IMG/VR virus record: IMGVR_UViG_3300022821_000015
Coordinates: 1-64,000 of that record
Source of the DNA: a virus
Length of the DNA stretch: 64,000 bases
Direction: 5' to 3' (one strand)
The first letter of the stretch is position 1. Each line of letters starts with the position of its first letter. Below are positions 9,122 to 18,215 of the stretch, in pieces. The notes beneath the pieces are model-generated. The model saw only the letters and a list, made by a program, of their open reading frames with translations, ran no database searches and was not told the origin of the DNA. The translations under genes were made by a program, and so were the position numbers.

Positions 9122-9463
9122 TTACTTCCTTGATACTTCAAGAAAACTATTTACTGCGGATGCAATCTCTTGGTTTCCGAGTTCCATTGCGTATTTTTCA
9201 GCTTGCTCAAGGTGCCAGCGTAAGTTTGCGGCTGCTTCTTCATCGTCGCCAAACGCACTATCAGGTTTCATATTGCGAAAATCTGCTTCATCGATTTCTT
9301 CGTCGCACTTACACCCGTCCAACCCAAGCCCGCATTTAGGACATTCGTATTTGTCTTCACGTGATTTATAGAAATCACTGTCTCGCTTGTTGGATGCCGC
9401 AACATCTTCGTCGTGACCTTCTTCAATGTCATTAAATGATTCTAGTAGTTTTTTAAAGTTCAT
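9122..9463 (-). CDS. Hypothetical acidic protein, possible head-internal
   Basis: MNFKKLLESF start; CPKC...CKC. Confidence 0.6.
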   Translation of the reverse strand: MNFKKLLESFNDIEEGHDEDVAASNKRDSDFYKSREDKYECPKCGLGLDGCKCDEEIDEADFRNMKPDSAFGDDEEAAANLRWHLEQAEKYAMELGNQEIASAVNSFLEVSRK

Positions 9464-9936
9464 TATGTTCTCCTTGAGAGTGCACGTTTAGCCATATTGG
9501 GAACTGCATTTTGCGATGCACCAGCTGCGTTACCGCCTTGCATCATCGGGTCTTCAAAATCGTCGGTGGTTGCACCAACATCATCATCCATTCCCATATC
9601 CATTCCCATATCATCTACTGGCTCTTCGTCACCTAGTTCCATATCCAAGTCGCCCATATCATCATCCATACCCATATCCATATCTGGCTCTTCGCCAGTC
9701 ATATTGAGTGTAAGGTATTGGTCGTCAACGGAAGTGACAAGTTTACCAAATGCTGGATCGGTTCCGACAAGTGATTCGAGTCCTTGATTACTCATAGAGA
9801 TGCCCATATTCTTCAGCATTTTCTTGAACGAACCCATACGGATTTTAGCGGACTCTTTGCCTTCCGCTTTCCGTTGTAGTTGCGATACAAGACTGATTAT
9901 TCTTGCATTCTTTGAGTTAAACTCGAATAGTCTCAC
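9463..9936 (-). CDS. Hypothetical protein with Asp/Met/Gly-rich tail
   Basis: MRLFEF start; AGGAG SD. Confidence 0.65.
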   Translation of the reverse strand: MRLFEFNSKNARIISLVSQLQRKAEGKESAKIRMGSFKKMLKNMGISMSNQGLESLVGTDPAFGKLVTSVDDQYLTLNMTGEEPDMDMGMDDDMGDLDMELGDEEPVDDMGMDMGMDDDVGATTDDFEDPMMQGGNAAGASQNAVPNMAKRALSRRT

Positions 9937-9946
9937 GTGATGCTCC

Positions 9947-10687
9947 TTATAGACCCGAAAGGTCTAGTTCAACATCATCACGCTTTTCACGTCCACCAAC
10001 TGCTTCTGGCTCTGGTTCAATATCATCGGTTGGTGCCATTTCTGGCTCCATTCCCATTCCATCATCCATGCCGTCCATATCGTCCATGCCCATTTCGCCG
10101 CCCATTGTCTGGTCTGCGTCTGGTGCTGGATCGCCACTAAGAATACGTGATGCGCTGTCTGCTTCGGTACGTGCTGTGCGAACTGCGTCCATTGCTGAGT
10201 TAATAGCATTTTGCATCGTTGATTCGAATGACATAGCTGTTTCTTCGCCCATTGTTTGACGAACAGAATCAACGAGTGGCTGTAACTGTTCGTTTTGCAT
10301 TGCGCCAAGGTCTTCAATCATCTTCTGAATACGGTCAACCATATCCTTTGATGCTAGAAGAACTTCAGCTTCCTGTGCTTCGGCTTCGTTTAGCTTACGC
10401 TTTAGAAGTGAACGGCGTCGTTCGATAATAATTTTCGATTTCTTTTCGCCGACAAATGCCGAAAGTGTTTCGGAAATAAGTTTCTTTTCAGCATATGTTT
10501 TAGAAGTGCGGGCTTTTTCGCCTTGCTTCTTAACTGCTGCTGCTAGGCTTTCATTTACCGAGATAAGCATCTTTTGTGCTTTATCTAGTGGGAGTGTGTC
10601 CAAGTTAACACGGTATCCGAACTTCTCTTTCAAGGAGTTGTTAAGTGTTTCGCTTGTCATAGTCTTGTTAAAGTTTTTAAGTTTCAT
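9947..10687 (-). CDS. Conserved hypothetical coiled-coil protein, possible head core
   Basis: AEVLLASKDMVDRIQKMIEDL; late promoter and SD upstream. Confidence 0.7.
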   Translation of the reverse strand: MKLKNFNKTMTSETLNNSLKEKFGYRVNLDTLPLDKAQKMLISVNESLAAAVKKQGEKARTSKTYAEKKLISETLSAFVGEKKSKIIIERRRSLLKRKLNEAEAQEAEVLLASKDMVDRIQKMIEDLGAMQNEQLQPLVDSVRQTMGEETAMSFESTMQNAINSAMDAVRTARTEADSASRILSGDPAPDADQTMGGEMGMDDMDGMDDGMGMEPEMAPTDDIEPEPEAVGGREKRDDVELDLSGL

Positions 10688-10714
10688 TTGCAAAGAGTCC
10701 TCTGTTTTATATAT

Positions 10715-11149
10715 TTATGCGAAATCTATATTTTTTATTTCACGAAGCAATGATTGTTTTGCTCTGGCTAAGTCGGTAAATGCACTTTCTAGGCGATTCG
10801 CCATAACATCTTCCTTAAAGCTATCCTTGTGTTTTTGCGCATTAACGACGCCGCGGCGATAGAACATAATATCATCACGATATTTACCTATTTTAATGTC
10901 GTATTGTTTTATTGTATCTGATTTGGTCTTATGTTTGTTATAGATAGTAATGGCATATGCAATCGCCGCCTTCTTACTATTGAACTCGTCAAACACGATA
11001 TCATTGCGGGTGATGGCGAACATTGCATCATCTTCCTTGATTAGATAAGGTCCGACCTTAACCGTGTCACCAGTCTGACTAATAATAAGATAATCGCTTG
11101 CTTCCATAAGCAAACGTTGAATGACGTTATTCAGATTTGTTTCTGACAT
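10715..11149 (-). CDS. Hypothetical protein
   Basis: ORF in a packed operon. Confidence 0.65.
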   Translation of the reverse strand: MSETNLNNVIQRLLMEASDYLIISQTGDTVKVGPYLIKEDDAMFAITRNDIVFDEFNSKKAAIAYAITIYNKHKTKSDTIKQYDIKIGKYRDDIMFYRRGVVNAQKHKDSFKEDVMANRLESAFTDLARAKQSLLREIKNIDFA

Positions 11150-11339
11150 AGTAAACATCCTTTCCATTTCTGCGACGAGTTAATACATTTTTGCTAACCA
11201 AACGATTAACAACATCTAAATATTGCTCGCTTAATCCACTTTGAGTAACCTTTCCTAATCTGTCAACATCGGCTGACACACTAGCCTCTTCATTAGTTAT
11301 GTAAGCTGGAATCCCGTTTGAAATTTCCACGAAACGCAT
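11127..11339 (-). CDS. Hypothetical protein
   Basis: MRFVEISNG start with GGAG SD. Confidence 0.65.
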   Translation of the reverse strand: MRFVEISNGIPAYITNEEASVSADVDRLGKVTQSGLSEQYLDVVNRLVSKNVLTRRRNGKDVYYVRNKSE

Positions 11340-11340
11340 A

Positions 11341-11703
11341 TCATACTCCCGTGGTTGTAGATTGCTGTTGTGTTTGATTCTGCACTCGTCTGGCATTCAG
11401 CGTTGCTTTTTGTGCTTCACGCTCTTGTTCTTTCTTTTGCTTTTCAAGTTCGACTTGGACTTGCTTTTGCTTTTGCTCATCGCCATCGTCTACATTATCA
11501 TACTGTGCTTTATTGGCAGTTTGACCCGGCTCAATCACTTCTAACTTCTTTGTCTGTTTATTACGGACAAGCGTTGACGTTGATGGGTCATCCATATTAG
11601 TGTTGATTTCATTGCCATTCTGTTTCATAGTAGTTGTTTGTGTCGGCTGAAACTCGACATCATCCAAGCTTTCACGGAACTTTAACACTTCATTAATCTT
11701 CAT
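11341..11703 (-). CDS. Hypothetical Gln-rich protein
   Basis: MKINEV start. Confidence 0.6.
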   Translation of the reverse strand: MKINEVLKFRESLDDVEFQPTQTTTMKQNGNEINTNMDDPSTSTLVRNKQTKKLEVIEPGQTANKAQYDNVDDGDEQKQKQVQVELEKQKKEQEREAQKATLNARRVQNQTQQQSTTTGV

Positions 11704-11705
11704 TT

Positions 11706-12074
11706 TTAACCCCTATCGAACGGATATACTTGACCCGACAGACTATCATAAGATATTCCATCAAGTAGCTTAATCCACTCATCTACGTAAAACACTTTAT
11801 CAGCGCCTGTTTTGTGCATAATATGCGCAATCTGTTCTTTATTCTGCTGTGCCCATACGACCAACGCTTGCATGGCATCTTCGTCGCCCGTGATTGCAAC
11901 ATCAAGTGGTGACTTTTGTTGTGCTTTAAAAAATAATGTAGCCGCCTGTTCAGGGGTTGAAGCTTCAGGCGTACTGTATAAATCACTTACGCCACCGCCA
12001 ATCATAACCATATACGGCTCACGGTCTTCATTGATTCTATCCATACGTTCCATTAATTTTCTTAAATCACTCAT
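11706..12074 (-). CDS. Hypothetical protein
   Basis: MSDLRKLME start with SD. Confidence 0.6.
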   Translation of the reverse strand: MSDLRKLMERMDRINEDREPYMVMIGGGVSDLYSTPEASTPEQAATLFFKAQQKSPLDVAITGDEDAMQALVVWAQQNKEQIAHIMHKTGADKVFYVDEWIKLLDGISYDSLSGQVYPFDRG

Positions 12075-12082
12075 TGTATTTC

Positions 12083-12553
12083 CTATTTCTTATTTAATGC
12101 CTGTACTCGTTTTGATGCGGCGTTTGTTCTCATTGTTTTTTTACGCTTACGTGCCATCTTAGCACCTTTTGCAGCTCTTGTCTGCTTTAGTTTCATACGT
12201 TTCTTAATATCAGGTGGCGCAAAACATTGTGCTGGTTTACTTACAACCCGTCCGTGCCTTGGTCCACCAGTGCAACGAAACTTACGAACTACCTTGTTGC
12301 CACTTTTAGCCCAAGCCATTCCTTCATCAACACTACTAGATACTTCAGTATACCATTGTGCTAGACCTCGGCGGTCGTTGCGTAATAGTAAATCGGCTAG
12401 TTTTTCACCATCTACATCTTGTAAACGGTTAACCACGATGTGTGCTGCCTCTGCCGTCGTATTAAACATATCCACTACGGTCTTAACCATATCATAGTTA
12501 AAATCCTGTAACGCTTCATCTATGCGATATTCTAATAGTTGTCGTAATAACAT
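12083..12553 (-). CDS. Conserved hypothetical protein with basic C-terminus
   Basis: AWAKSGNKVVRKFRCTGGPRHGRVVS; TAAATA 5 nt before ATG 12553. Confidence 0.7.
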   Translation of the reverse strand: MLLRQLLEYRIDEALQDFNYDMVKTVVDMFNTTAEAAHIVVNRLQDVDGEKLADLLLRNDRRGLAQWYTEVSSSVDEGMAWAKSGNKVVRKFRCTGGPRHGRVVSKPAQCFAPPDIKKRMKLKQTRAAKGAKMARKRKKTMRTNAASKRVQALNKK

Positions 12554-12564
12554 ACTGGTATTTA

Positions 12565-13071
12565 TCAAAAAGAAACTTTTTCAAAATAGAGATTGATATT
12601 ACCACTTGTGTTGAACATCGGTACTGCAAAATCTACTGTTTCTTTTAATCCTACTACTACGGGTATTTTATGACACATTTCAGCCAATCGCCCTGCTGGA
12701 AACTTATTATCGAATACGCTCGTCTGCTCGGCACCAAGGATGAACTCCCATACCATCGCCGTCCCGTTATACGAAAATGAATGGGCAGATAAGTCTTGCA
12801 TCGACGAACTAGGTGTTTTGAGTATTGTTGGTTGGGTAATCATAGATGCCAACTGAACGAATGTTTCCCAGTTACGTTGTTGGTTTCTTGATCGTTCCCA
12901 CGACTCTTTCTCAGTGACTACCTGATTAGCATTATCCATAAACGCACCAGTTTTGCGATATTGCGCCAATACGCCAGTGTTAGTAATATCAACAAGCGTA
13001 TACCCACGTATATAATCACGCAATCCCTGCCGATTAGCTTCAGATAAGCCGTGCGATCTAGAATCATCCAT
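12565..13071 (-). CDS. Conserved hypothetical protein
   Basis: TLVDITNTG...RNQQRNWET; TAAATA 4 nt before ATG 13071. Confidence 0.65.
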   Translation of the reverse strand: MDDSRSHGLSEANRQGLRDYIRGYTLVDITNTGVLAQYRKTGAFMDNANQVVTEKESWERSRNQQRNWETFVQLASMITQPTILKTPSSSMQDLSAHSFSYNGTAMVWEFILGAEQTSVFDNKFPAGRLAEMCHKIPVVVGLKETVDFAVPMFNTSGNINLYFEKVSF

Positions 13072-13099
13072 ATCGTATTTATCGGACATTATATGGGTC

Positions 13100-13175
13100 T
13101 TCAGTTTTAATACGCTGATTGAACTCTATAAGGTCTTTCAGTTTTAATACGCTGATTGAACTCTATAAGGTCTTT
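13100..13175. repeat. 37-bp perfect tandem duplication
   Basis: ttcagttttaatacgctgattgaactctataaggtct at 13100 and 13137. Confidence 0.95.
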
Positions 13176-13523
13176 AAGGATTGGAAAGTATATGCCATCA
13201 ATAGCATCATACTCAAGATGCTCGGCTACCTGTATGCGATTATTACCGATACGAATCAAATAAATGAAACCATCCGAATGAATGGTAGGCGGATTAATGA
13301 ACTTCCAGTCTTCTCTGTAACTAAAGCAACCAGTAAATGTATTATCCCACCATTCAGGTGTCACTCGGTCGTACAATACGGGATACCACATACCATCATT
13401 TGTTATACTCGGAAGGTCACGATGTTTCCACCGTTCATCCATATGATAACTAGCCAATGATACTTGCGATAATGGAACAGGCTTTATATCGAGATGTTGG
13501 TAAAGACAATGAAGGGTTTTCAT
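13107..13523 (-). CDS. Hypothetical protein (ParB/Srx-like features); C-terminus altered by the duplication
   Basis: GMWYPVL...GNNRIQVAEHL. Confidence 0.55.
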   Translation of the reverse strand: MKTLHCLYQHLDIKPVPLSQVSLASYHMDERWKHRDLPSITNDGMWYPVLYDRVTPEWWDNTFTGCFSYREDWKFINPPTIHSDGFIYLIRIGNNRIQVAEHLEYDAIDGIYFPILKDLIEFNQRIKTERPYRVQSAY

Positions 13524-15265
13524 AAATTCAAAACCCACACACCGTTCCCACAGTCCCATATACGATCATACCCATGTGCCCTCATATTTTCCCATTCGGT
13601 TTGTGCTGGATTAAAGTTTGCTAATATATTTGACAATTTATGCTTTTGAAATACATGACGGCTGTATAGACTTTTATAATCATTTGTATATCTATAATTC
13701 GGCGATGAATTGTTAATAAATGTGAAGCCCAATGATTCATATAATCCACCATTAGACCATCTTCTATCACTATATGATATAATAGACTTAGGTGTATAAC
13801 TATTAATAAAGCTCTTTAAAAGCTTTCCCGCACCACCAACAACAGTCATATCACAAATTGTACAAAATCTCAGCATTTCATAATCATATTTTTTATTAAA
13901 CCTAGATTTACCAAAAGTCATCAATGATACAAGTTTGTCATCATAATACAGCCCAATACGTACTGATGATCTAACATTTCCCTGCAAATGATTATCGTTT
14001 AAAAAGACCTTTGACTCACGCGAAGATACTTGTTTAATATTGCATTTTCTCGCATATATAACACTCTGTCTCCCCATAATAGAATTTAATCTAGATTTAA
14101 CTATATGTTTATTGTCATTCCATTCATTGTCTAAAATATGAATAAGACGGATTCCTTTTTTGGAACATTCTTCAGTTTTGCTTAAATGATATTTTCTATT
14201 TTTGCCATTATTTTCAGAATGCCAGTATATACCATTGCATTCGATTGCTATATTATGTTCTGGGATAAAAATATCTATTTCCAATGGTGGTATTAAATAT
14301 CTATTGTTCAAACTACCATCCACAAATTCTCTTACTTCGGATTCCCACATAGATGATGTAATAGGAAAACATTGTGTACATCTTGGCATTTTACCAGAAA
14401 TTAAATTATCAACGAATATATTACTACATTCAATACATTCCCATTCATACTGATGATGCACCCCTTCAAATTCAGTAAACCGTGGGCGTAATTTACCTTT
14501 CACCCTATCACCAATAGTTGTCATGAAGTCAGATTTCTGTTTAGTTAAATATACATCTGATGAAAAATAGTTATCGGCATTATAACGATTATTGATTGTT
14601 TCTTTAATTTTATCTTGTATGGCGGGTGACTGACTTGGCCACATCGTTCCGAATCTTTCTTGATTAGTGTTCATACTCTTTTCTTGAACACTAATCAATG
14701 ATTGTGGATTTGGTATTCCGTATCTTTCAATGGATGTTTGTCGTTTTTTATTTTTAATAGTTTCGAGTTGCGATGGATTATTCACTCCGTGCGTGTCAAT
14801 AAATGATTTTTTAATTTTCTCTTTTATTTTTTCCGACTGAAAAGGGTTATCAACTCCATATTTAGATTGAACGGTCGCTGTTCGTTTTTGCTGAACGTCG
14901 ATAGATTTAGATGGATTATCAACCCCGTATTTTTCACGACATGACTTTAATCGTTTGTTTCGGGTTGGGGTCGCTGCCGCTCCGCATTTCACCGAACAAT
15001 AATCGTTAAATTTTTTTGATTTGAATTTAACGGGGGCGGCACATACCCCACATACCGGGCGGGTCGTTATATTATGTTCCACACAATATACCCGAACGGC
15101 AAGAGAATCATTGGATTCAAGAAATGAGGTTGCTGAATATATAGATTTATATAAATCGGTTTCCAGAAACGAACCTTTTGAAATATTCCCATTAATTTTA
15201 CCAGCGGCATTTATTAAACCGGGATATTCTTTTATTTTCTCTATCAAACTGGTTGATGGTGTCAT
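13520..15265 (-). CDS. Free-standing putative homing endonuclease (Vsr-like core, KYGVDNP repeats)
   Basis: YGVDNPS repeats; LEIDIFIPEHNIAIECNGIYWH; C-terminal ARKC...HLQG...SYSDRRWS...RIWDCG. Confidence 0.82.
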   Translation of the reverse strand: MTPSTSLIEKIKEYPGLINAAGKINGNISKGSFLETDLYKSIYSATSFLESNDSLAVRVYCVEHNITTRPVCGVCAAPVKFKSKKFNDYCSVKCGAAATPTRNKRLKSCREKYGVDNPSKSIDVQQKRTATVQSKYGVDNPFQSEKIKEKIKKSFIDTHGVNNPSQLETIKNKKRQTSIERYGIPNPQSLISVQEKSMNTNQERFGTMWPSQSPAIQDKIKETINNRYNADNYFSSDVYLTKQKSDFMTTIGDRVKGKLRPRFTEFEGVHHQYEWECIECSNIFVDNLISGKMPRCTQCFPITSSMWESEVREFVDGSLNNRYLIPPLEIDIFIPEHNIAIECNGIYWHSENNGKNRKYHLSKTEECSKKGIRLIHILDNEWNDNKHIVKSRLNSIMGRQSVIYARKCNIKQVSSRESKVFLNDNHLQGNVRSSVRIGLYYDDKLVSLMTFGKSRFNKKYDYEMLRFCTICDMTVVGGAGKLLKSFINSYTPKSIISYSDRRWSNGGLYESLGFTFINNSSPNYRYTNDYKSLYSRHVFQKHKLSNILANFNPAQTEWENMRAHGYDRIWDCGNGVWVLNL

Positions 15266-15297
15266 ATATTTTATCTGCTTCTTTGAAATGAACAAAC

Positions 15298-15320
15298 AAA
15301 AATCCCATTATGGGATTTTT
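15298..15320 (-). terminator. Intrinsic terminator hairpin
   Basis: AAAAATCCCA-TAA-TGGGATTTTT downstream of the 15338-15745 gene. Confidence 0.6.
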
Positions 15321-15337
15321 GCATGTTATAGTTAGAG

Positions 15338-15745
15338 TTAAGCTAGGTCAAAGCCCGGTGCTGTTACAAGCGCACCAGAAACGTCAAGCGAGTTCGGCGT
15401 TGTAGCACGAATTGCCGTCTGAAGTGCTGCTGCTGTCCAAGCACCTGTTGGGTAAACAGCTACTGAAATCTGACCAGTTGCGTCACCTTCAACTTGGTAC
15501 ATAGCAAGAGTACCTTTTGTTTGAACCGTGCGAAGAATATCTTCAACTGCTTCAGTTGCGCCCATTTCTCCAGTAATGTCGGTTACTGTATCAGAACCGT
15601 TTGCTACGATAACTTTGAAGAAGTCAAGTGCTGGACCTTCAAAGATTACTGTTTCGTCAGCTGTGATTGGATCAGCGCCTTTAGCGGACGTGTCCTTGTA
15701 TACTACTGCATATGCATCACCATTTGTACGTGTGATTGTTGCCAT
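15338..15745 (-). CDS. Small probable virion structural protein
   Basis: MATITRTNG start; Ala/Thr-rich; own late promoter and terminator. Confidence 0.65.
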   Translation of the reverse strand: MATITRTNGDAYAVVYKDTSAKGADPITADETVIFEGPALDFFKVIVANGSDTVTDITGEMGATEAVEDILRTVQTKGTLAMYQVEGDATGQISVAVYPTGAWTAAALQTAIRATTPNSLDVSGALVTAPGFDLA

Positions 15746-15834
15746 TTTATTAATTCCTATCTAAAATATATATATTGTGAAACACTTCGTTTCACTTACT
15801 TTTATTTATGCAAATAAGCAAAAAACTTATTTTT

Positions 15835-16629
15835 TTACATCATAATACTGCCAAGCTTATGCCCTACATAATAAGCACCAGCCATGGCGGCGGCGGTTTT
15901 AACCCATCCGGGGATTTTGTGACCTTGTTTTTCTGCTGATTTTACGGTTTCAGAACTTGGCACCATATTTTTAGTGGTTTCTTTCCAAGGCTTGAAAATA
16001 TCACTCATAAATCGTCTATCTTGACGAAAATGCAGTGTCAGTCGTGTCGCAATCATATTACGCTCAGAAGGGGTTGCCATCGTATAATCTTGTGCAATAC
16101 GACGCATACGTTTCAGAATACCGTTCTTAATACCAAGTGACTTTTCCATCTTCAAGAAGAACTGACGGTCTAAACCGGGATTGGCATTTCCTGCCTTAAC
16201 GTCACGCAAGTAACGCTTAAACGCTAGTTCAGGAATATTGATATTTTCGCCAGTACCCACGGTATCTGCAAATTTGGATGGATTCATAATAATAGATGCA
16301 ATATTATGAAGGTCGGTTGCGCCACTACGTACGTTACTAAAGTCAAAGAACTTCAGGGTTTCTTGTGCGTACTTTGCGGCAGCTTCTGGATTTTCGTACC
16401 GTAATTGTTGAAGCATGATCATATGTTCGAAGAATGTTTCGCCCATATCAGCCATAGTATGCCCAGCAGCGTTTCTAGGAATACGAATATAACGTGCTTC
16501 CTGTAACTCACCACCGATAAACTTTAGTTTACGGTCGTCTGTGATTTCAAGACTAGTGAAGGTGCGGTGTTCCAACCATTTGTCTTCTAGTCCTTCAAAA
16601 ATATCATTCTTCGGAAATACATAATCCAT
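15835..16629 (-). CDS. Conserved hypothetical protein with hydrophobic C-terminal helix
   Basis: LQEARYIR...AAKYAQETL...TDLHN. Confidence 0.65.
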   Translation of the reverse strand: MDYVFPKNDIFEGLEDKWLEHRTFTSLEITDDRKLKFIGGELQEARYIRIPRNAAGHTMADMGETFFEHMIMLQQLRYENPEAAAKYAQETLKFFDFSNVRSGATDLHNIASIIMNPSKFADTVGTGENINIPELAFKRYLRDVKAGNANPGLDRQFFLKMEKSLGIKNGILKRMRRIAQDYTMATPSERNMIATRLTLHFRQDRRFMSDIFKPWKETTKNMVPSSETVKSAEKQGHKIPGWVKTAAAMAGAYYVGHKLGSIMM

Positions 16630-16633
16630 AATA

Positions 16634-16870
16634 TTATCTACTTAGCTTATTCGAAATCGAACTTTTAATACTATCCAATGTATAAATTTCGTCGTTGATA
16701 TCAGATTGTAAATTGATATTATGCTTGTTCTTGATATAAAAATCAATGAAATCACTTAGCTTCACGGATAAATCTGCCCACTGCTCGCTCATCATATCGT
16801 TTTTGTCATACTGTGGATTTTCATTAATAATATCATCCATTTTGCCGATTAGGTCTGTCATTTCGCTCAT
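16634..16870 (-). CDS. Hypothetical protein
   Basis: ATGA overlap with the upstream gene. Confidence 0.55.
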   Translation of the reverse strand: MSEMTDLIGKMDDIINENPQYDKNDMMSEQWADLSVKLSDFIDFYIKNKHNINLQSDINDEIYTLDSIKSSISNKLSR

Positions 16871-17106
16871 TTCATTTTCCTTATACCACGTGTAAACTTT
16901 TTTGGATCGTGTGTGCGTATAGCATTTACAAGACGTTTCTCCAAATCTACTGCTGTTTCTTGATCGTAACTCTCGTGAATCATATTGATAAGGTTCATAG
17001 CCGAATCGATAATGTTAGTGGCACGATTCTCCAATACGTGAACTCTATCACGTGATGTAGCTAGTTGATCTAGTTCTTCTAAGATGCTTCTTGTTTTTTT
17101 ACGCAT
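16867..17106 (-). CDS. Conserved hypothetical protein
   Basis: MRKKTRSILEELD; TAAATA 4 nt before ATG 17106. Confidence 0.7.
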   Translation of the reverse strand: MRKKTRSILEELDQLATSRDRVHVLENRATNIIDSAMNLINMIHESYDQETAVDLEKRLVNAIRTHDPKKFTRGIRKMK

Positions 17107-17144
17107 ACAGTATTTATGGCTTTCAAACATTTATATAAACAAAA

Positions 17145-17987
17145 TCAAATAACATATACGGACTGAACATGATTGTATTTTGATAATGTGTCGAGGATGT
17201 CTTCTTGTGACTGTGTGGAATCTAGTTGTGCTATCTTTATGTTGCCCGTGGTTAGCCTAGGGTCGCCAATATCGTAACCTTTGTCTATAAAATACTCTGA
17301 GTTATCTATCTTATACTGTTCATACAAGGCTGAGTTATCCTTAGTATCTGAAAAGCTGATTATGAAATCGGAGCTATAGTGTAGGTTAGGAACAAAGTCA
17401 TGGTGATGATCGTCGTTGTCCTTTGCTAAACTCTCAACGTTCTTACCCACGTCTGCATACATAACGTATACACCGCCGAACTCTTTGGTGTTTTGGAACA
17501 GCTTATAATCTTCGATGTCATAGGTCTTTGTTTTTGGTAAATCAAACCACACAACCCTGATTCTTTTGTCGGCACCAAAGTTCTCTGCACGATGTACGAG
17601 TTGGTTTACCTTGCTCAGTCTTTGCTGTTCCTCTAATGTCAATCCACTTCCTTGCCATGCGTCTAAGCTACCATGGTAAATCTCAAATACGCTATGGATG
17701 TGATTTAGGGTGTCTTGATCGTCGGTGCTGCCTAGTTCGACGCCACCAAACATATTAGGCATCTGCCTAATCAACTCATTTATATTATCCAATATACGAT
17801 TTTCAGACCAATCCATATTGAGGTTGTAGAATGCATCCGGCTCGCTTATCGGATACCCACGCTGTTGTGCTTCTTTGTATCTTGATAACCACTTTTTCAC
17901 GAAGTGGTTACTCTCTAGCCTAAAGTTGAAATCACAGGTAGTCTCGTAATCATTGCGAGTGCTAAGTCTTACTTTTATTGTGTCCAT
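17145..17987 (-). CDS. Hypothetical protein
   Basis: QDTLNHIHSVFE...NQLVHRAE...YADVGK. Confidence 0.7.
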   Translation of the reverse strand: MDTIKVRLSTRNDYETTCDFNFRLESNHFVKKWLSRYKEAQQRGYPISEPDAFYNLNMDWSENRILDNINELIRQMPNMFGGVELGSTDDQDTLNHIHSVFEIYHGSLDAWQGSGLTLEEQQRLSKVNQLVHRAENFGADKRIRVVWFDLPKTKTYDIEDYKLFQNTKEFGGVYVMYADVGKNVESLAKDNDDHHHDFVPNLHYSSDFIISFSDTKDNSALYEQYKIDNSEYFIDKGYDIGDPRLTTGNIKIAQLDSTQSQEDILDTLSKYNHVQSVYVI

Positions 17988-17989
17988 CG

Positions 17990-18215
17990 TTATCGGTTCA
18001 ACTTCGATATCATATCTTTGAGTTCTTGACGCTTTGTATCGTCGTTTATCTTCATCGGTTCCATCGGTTCTGCTTCTTGTACACCGTCACCATTCTGTCG
18101 GCTCTTGATCTTCTTCAATCTTACAACGGATACATCCACTATGCCATGGTGAAATTTCACCAGACGGGGATATATCAATATTAGTCCATGGAGCAAAACA
18201 TTTAGGGGCTATCAT
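17990..18215 (-). pseudogene. Collapsed radical SAM/SPASM remnant joined to a second copy of a helicase C-terminal tail
   Basis: From ATG 18215: MIAPKCFAPWTNIDISPSGEISP|WHSGCIRCKIEED; another frame gives IKSRQ...EPMKINDDTKRQELKDMISKL. Confidence 0.6.

Noticed and set aside
13100-13175. CRISPR-sized (37 bp) repeat
   Set aside because: Two abutting copies with no spacer and no cas genes; the same applies to 46560-46635.
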